From positions 1-17,693 of the forward strand of contig CAXIUT010000284.1 of the NCBI GenBank assembly GCA_964035545.1: a stretch of DNA of 17,693 bases, read 5' to 3'. Positions 13,171 through 17,693 of the stretch are shown here, piece by piece. A program made the translations under genes and the position numbers. The notes beneath the pieces were generated by a model. It was not told the origin of the DNA, did not search any database, and saw nothing but the letters and a program-made list of their open reading frames with translations. How positions within the stretch are numbered: position 1 is the stretch's first letter; every line of letters starts with the position of its first letter. The stretch is from Bugula neritina (taxonomy: Eukaryota > Animalia > Bryozoa).

Positions 13171-13423
13171 ATCATTTATTAGCTAAAAACAATACTAAAA
13201 ATCAATGGATTAATTAAAAATATCGTTATCTTTATAAAACTATCATCGAATGAAATAGATGTGATCATGAAGATCCTAAGGTGGTTTAGGTTGCTTTCAG
13301 TTGTGTCTTTAGTTATTTTTTTAAGATTAGAGGCAGCTGTTGAATTTTTAATCTCTTTATATTTTTTGTTGATAACTACGACTATAATTTAAGTTGTTCG
13401 ATTGTAATATTATCAATTAAACT

Positions 13424-13932
13424 ATGTAGAAGTAGTTTTTCACCACTCTCAAAAAACGATCCCACAGATAGCGATTCTATTCTTCAATGAATTACGATTA
13501 ATACTGCGATCTTCATGGTCCACCTGCTCCTTTCGTCAAGTATAGACTCCTATAGTCAGACCTCAAGATGACCCAGTTGAGGACATACCACCACTCGACC
13601 TGGATTGCTGTCTATAAAAAACAGAAGTGAAAGAAGAAGTCAATCCCGTGTAGGTCAGGTTATGTAAAATGGATACTATTTTGGAAATAGATGGGAGCTA
13701 AAATTTTACTCAGAACTTGCAGAGATCACCCAGAAATGAGTTTTTATTTGGGAGTAGGAAGAGTCGAGAGGAAGTAGAAAAGAGCTAAGTGGAGGGGCCA
13801 AAAAGAGTGCGTATACGTATGCGATCGCAAAGCGACAACTCCGAATATTTAATATTCAACTTTCTCGAAAGAATCAATTAAAAGTACTTTTTTAATCTAT
13901 TCAGAGGCAGAAAAAGAATCAAACTCTAGTGA
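13424..13932 (+). CDS. Hypothetical protein, ~155 aa, introns 13540-13559 and probably 13884-13904
   Basis: ATG in an AT-rich context (ttaaactATG). A 20-nt GTA..CAG intron matching the local consensus joins MEKEFF...PAPFVK to PQDDPVEDIPPLDL...; C-terminal GRKRIKLE is NLS-like. Confidence 0.65.
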
Positions 13933-14026
13933 CTTGATCTCTATCATTTTTATTACTAAAACAACCTTTAACTCAACACTAGATGATAGGACTAAAGACA
14001 AGTAAGTTAGATGATAAGAGGATGAA

Positions 14027-14291
14027 TCAGCAGCCTTTGACAGGCAAGTCTACTTCTTGGGCGAACCAGCAGATGCAGGGCCAGCATTCAGGTTGCATCT
14101 TGTTGAAATATTTCATGCAGGCCAAGTCAGCAGCAGTGTCAGATTCCTCCGGCTTCGGCAGCTTTCTTGCAGACTGGGTAGGCAGCTCTGAAGTCATCAA
14201 CACAGGCGATTTGCATGGCTTAGGTGCATTGTTGGGCTGAGGCAAAGCAGGCGAGGAGAGCAAGCAATGCTACGAGTAAGATGGTTTTCAT
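14027..14291 (-). CDS. Small secreted Cys-rich protein (87 aa), candidate fungal Cbp1/CBP-like; one +1 frame break at ~14139-14145
   Basis: Signal peptide MKTILLVALLALLACFASA, then QQCTEAMQIACVDDFRAAYPVCKKAAEAGG(S/I)DTAADLACMKYFNKMQPECWPCICWFAQEVDLPVKGC* with 8 Cys. Relatively GC-rich coding. One extra base must be skipped. Confidence 0.8.
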
Positions 14292-14437
14292 GGAATTAAT
14301 TATATCCACACAAATATCTTTTGATGATAAATAATCTAACATATTTATTTTACTACTACAGAAAAGGTTTAAAGATTTTATTTTTGATAGTTGTTTTATG
14401 GTTAATTCAAAGTATTATGATATCAAAGTAGTGATGA

Positions 14438-15949
14438 TCAGAGGCCCTACTCCTCTAGAGTTGTGTATTGTGGATTAGCATTGATTTTATGGATAGGTTC
14501 TTCTAGAAGAGTTTTAGCCATTTCTATTGATATTTTTGGCTCATTTGATACTTGAGTTGATTCACTATCTCTTTGAGTTTACTAATATTACTTTCTTTTG
14601 AGATCCACTTTCACCATAAAGCAAAAACAGTTTCCTACTCCGATAAATAGCACTAAAATGCTCATAAATACTAAAGCTTTTGTCTGTGTGCCAAATCCAA
14701 TGATAAGAGTCAGTAAAGAATCAGCAATAAATGCCCAAATGAGTGAACCTCCATTGAGCAATCCTGTAATTTGCGCCTATCCAACTGGAAAGGCTATTTC
14801 GCATCCGATCTAATAGCAAACCGGAATGATGGGAGTGAGAAAGAAACCAAGTAATCAACATTGATTTGTGTGAGAGTAATTGACTGAATAGCTCCTAGTT
14901 GAATAGTCAAGACAGCGATGCAAATCAAAGAGGCTACACAGCATATTCTGAGTACTCTTCGATATTGTCTTGTTTTTTTGAGATAGAGAGATGAGAGGAT
15001 GGCTCCTAGTGCTCCACAGAGAATTAGACATATAGCAGCTACTGTTATTTATAGATCTTTTGCTCCGAATGGTTTTATTAGCAAGTTGGCACTAGATGCA
15101 AATGTTTGAAAACTTCCATAAGTCATGCAAAAACAACCGAAAAACTTCCAAATATTTTTATCTTTTTTTATTAGTTTGAAAGTTTACACAAGAGTGAGTT
15201 GTTTGTCTTTTTGGATGAGATTGGAGGGAGGTGTTGGAGGTTTTGCTTTGAAAAAGATAAAATTTATCAACAAGAAAATGATAGTAGTGATGGTGTATCC
15301 AAAATAGAGCGAAAATATTTAATTTTTAGCAACATCTCCAGAACTATCTTCTTGAACTGCTACAGTAGGAATAGCGAATCCAATTCCTGAACCGATTATT
15401 CCGCAACCAACAAGAATAGAAGTGGCTTAGTGCTCTCTAAATATGAATATTTATACGTTTTGAGGGAAGAACCAGTATGTAGCTATTTTAGCTGGTACAT
15501 TGAGTATAAATGGTTGCCCAAAGGAGAAGATGATGTATCCGATGATGAGCATGGGAAATGCAGTATTGACAAAACAGACAAAAATGAATCCGCTTATGAA
15601 GAGTATCAATCCTATTCTGTAGCCAGCTCTGATGCCTTTTTTTGTCTAGAAGATACGAAACAGGTATGTTGATGATTGAAAAGATCAGGAAGGAGAGGAT
15701 GGCTGGTAGGTTGACTACTTTGGTTGATACTCCATAGATAACGGCCAGCTTATTGGCGATGGGGATGATGATGTTGTTGAGCAATCCATTGAGGATCATT
15801 GTGCAGGCTGCTATGGTTAAGATGACCCAGCGGTATGGATACTATTGAAAGGATTGTTGGGGGAGAATGTCTTTTTTTAAAGATTGAGGGTAGTCTTAGA
15901 TATCGATTGTTCGCTATGAAGGGGAGGTTGGGCTTTATTATTGCTGCAT
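14438..15949 (-). CDS. MFS transporter, FLVCR/SLC49-like, ~496 aa, intron 15437-15456, three single-base frame breaks
   Basis: YPYRWVIL, GQPFILNVPAKIATYWF, RALATSI, F-AKPPTPPS, YEIGCEIAFPVGEA-ITGLL. Frame breaks at ~15637-15643 (+1, A7 run), ~15427-15428 (+1, AA) and ~14856 (-1, probably GG>G). Confidence 0.88.
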
Positions 15950-16104
15950 TATAATTTTGTATTATTATTGGTTTATATTAAAAACATTAGTTTGAAAGAT
16001 AGCTACTTAAAATGATTAGTTATTTAATTGAGTTAATGTACTTTTAAATGATTATAGTATGAAGCAACATCGATTGAATTATGACTGTTTTTCATATCAT
16101 TTAA

Positions 16105-16198
16105 GGGGTTGGGGTTGGGGTTGGGGTTGGGGTTGGGGTTGGGGTTGGGGTTGGGGTTGGGGTTGGGGTTGGGGTTGGGGTTGGGGTTGGGGGTTGGG
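16105..16198 (+). repeat. Internal (GGGGTT)n tract, the right telomere of the first chromosome
   Basis: About 15 GGGGTT units in right-end orientation after an AT-rich subtelomere, abutting the middle of another gene. Confidence 0.95.
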
Positions 16199-17531
16199 TA
16201 AACATATTTGACAATCTCCAGACACTACCACTGTTCTGTCTACCGTTAACAGTGCTAGTATACCAGGCTCTCCAATATTCTGTGGTCGATAGTTTAAGTT
16301 GTTGTCGAATTTTATCAATCCATGCGATGGTGCCAGAGTAGGGGACGGCTGGGTCGGCGTTTCCTGAATATTTGGTGATTTTGTAGCGATTGAGAGGGAT
16401 TAATTTTTAATAGACCCAGTATGATCCATCTTTACTTCTTTAATATCCGAAATCTTAGTCATCATTGCACATAGAATATTCGATAACATTTTATGGAATA
16501 CCAAGAGCCTTTCTGTTATCTCTATTTTGTAGTAACTTATCAACTCCATAGGAATCGACGCAAGGTGGTGCAAATTTAAGGTTATTTGATGATTTTTTAG
16601 TTTTTCTTAAAGCGATTTTTATCATTTAGCTCATAGTTGGTTTTTTACCATTGAAATCATTGTTGTTTTGGAAGCATGGCTTATAGGCATCATAGATATT
16701 GAATCCGTCTAAAAGAGCATCAACCTATATTATTCTAGTTTTACCTGATCTAGTAAATCTTAGCATTCCTTTGGTAGCTTTTCACCTTGATCTTTGCATT
16801 TACCATCCACTAGTTCGTACATTTATTGGGAAATTATGCCGTAGTCTCTGTAGAGTTGCATCTGATAAACTCCGTAGTCGTTTTGGAATTAGCATTCTAG
16901 AGGATCAGTGCAGCCGTTTCCTACTGCGAATCCTTTCAAGTTGAATTTGTGAGGATTAGTTGCTCCAGTAACATGCAATCTTCATAAATATAAAAGTACT
17001 CATAAAAAGCAGTTGGAACGTAAATTCCACCATAACTCTATCCTGATAGATAGGTGTCTCTGCCTTGGTATTCAGTCCAAACTTCAAAGAACTTTATCTA
17101 ATGGCTTTGGCATTCAATTGTGGCGACTAGGCTATCATTCCAGGTAGGAGCTTTGCCATCCATGTATGAGAAGCCTACTTGTGCGGGAGATTAGATGTAG
17201 ACTACATTGGCTTTTTGATTCCAGCTATATTTGTTGTAGATCATTTGTCCGAAGGCATCGTTGAGGATGAAGGGTCCGTGTTCGTAGAGAGCTCCTAGGA
17301 GAGAGGAACAGCCGGGTCCTCCATTGAACCAGAAGAGGACTGGATCTTTTTCAGGTGCTGATTGTGATGGGAAGAAGAAGTAGTGCATGTGGGTGGTGTT
17401 CATATCACATCGAGGTAGCCTGAGTACCAGGTTTGATTGTAGACTGCGGATATGGAATCGATGAGTGCTGGAGTTGGTTTGACTGAGGCAAGTGCTGTGA
17501 CTATTAGGAGAGATATCAACACAGTTTTCAT
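16197..17531 (-). CDS. Serine carboxypeptidase (S10), secreted, 3'-truncated; introns 16725-16744 and 16980-16999; frame break at ~17400-17408
   Basis: Signal peptide, YSGYL, PVLFWFNGGPGCSS, YEHGP, YIESPAQVGFSY, SGESYGGIYVP, GFAVGNGCTD, YSGNADPAVP. The frame runs into telomeric repeat at ...SNMFT, before the catalytic His (GH) motif. Confidence 0.9.
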
Positions 17532-17601
17532 CTTATTATAGATATTATTGTAAATCTATCATTGTCATCATCTTTTAGTCATTGAATAATGATAAATATT
17601 A

Positions 17602-17693
17602 GGGGGGTTGGGGTTGGGGTTGGGGTTGGGGTTGGGGTTGGGGTTGGGGTTGGGGTTGGGGTTGGGGTTGGGGTTGGGGGGGTTGGGGTTGGG
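17602..17693 (+). repeat. Right telomere (GGGGTT)n of the second chromosome fragment
   Basis: GGGGTT repeats to the window end, with a few G-run length variants. Confidence 0.97.

Noticed and set aside
13267-13932. Intronless 221-aa plus-strand ORF starting at 13267
   Set aside because: The ATG 13424 model with a consensus 20-nt intron gives a more protein-like N-terminus and a typical start context.
14438-15949. FLVCR-like gene as a pseudogene
   Set aside because: Motifs and length are intact and the breaks are run-length type, clustered with similar breaks in neighbouring genes; sequencing error is more likely.
16097-16318. Provided ORF with a poly-PQ repeat
   Set aside because: It is a wrong-frame read of the S10 gene running into telomeric CCCCAA repeats.

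Overview
This is eukaryotic DNA from a ciliate macronucleus. Positions 1-16198 look like a complete telomere-to-telomere chromosome: (CCCCAA)n at 1-99 and (GGGGTT)n at 16105-16198. It is joined to a 1.5 kb fragment of a second chromosome end (16199-17693) that carries a 3'-truncated serine carboxypeptidase gene. The supplied ORF track is fragmented because TAA and TAG both encode Glu here (peritrich nuclear code, NCBI table 30; shown at invariant catalytic Glu sites) and TGA is the only stop. Re-translating by hand gives 12 supported genes on the 16.2 kb chromosome: PMCA-type Ca-ATPase, CUE/coiled-coil protein, SLC37/GlpT transporter, deoxynucleoside kinase, SFT2, CCP5/AGBL5, UMP-CMP kinase, FLVCR-like MFS transporter, a small secreted Cys-rich protein and three hypotheticals, plus one unresolved region. 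There are 13 inferred tiny introns (20-22 nt), all starting GTA and 12 of 13 with A at -6. The most unusual item is an 87-aa secreted protein whose Cys spacing and DLAC motif resemble Histoplasma Cbp1 (compared from memory). Single-base frame breaks occur only right of ~14.1 kb and are most likely read errors.
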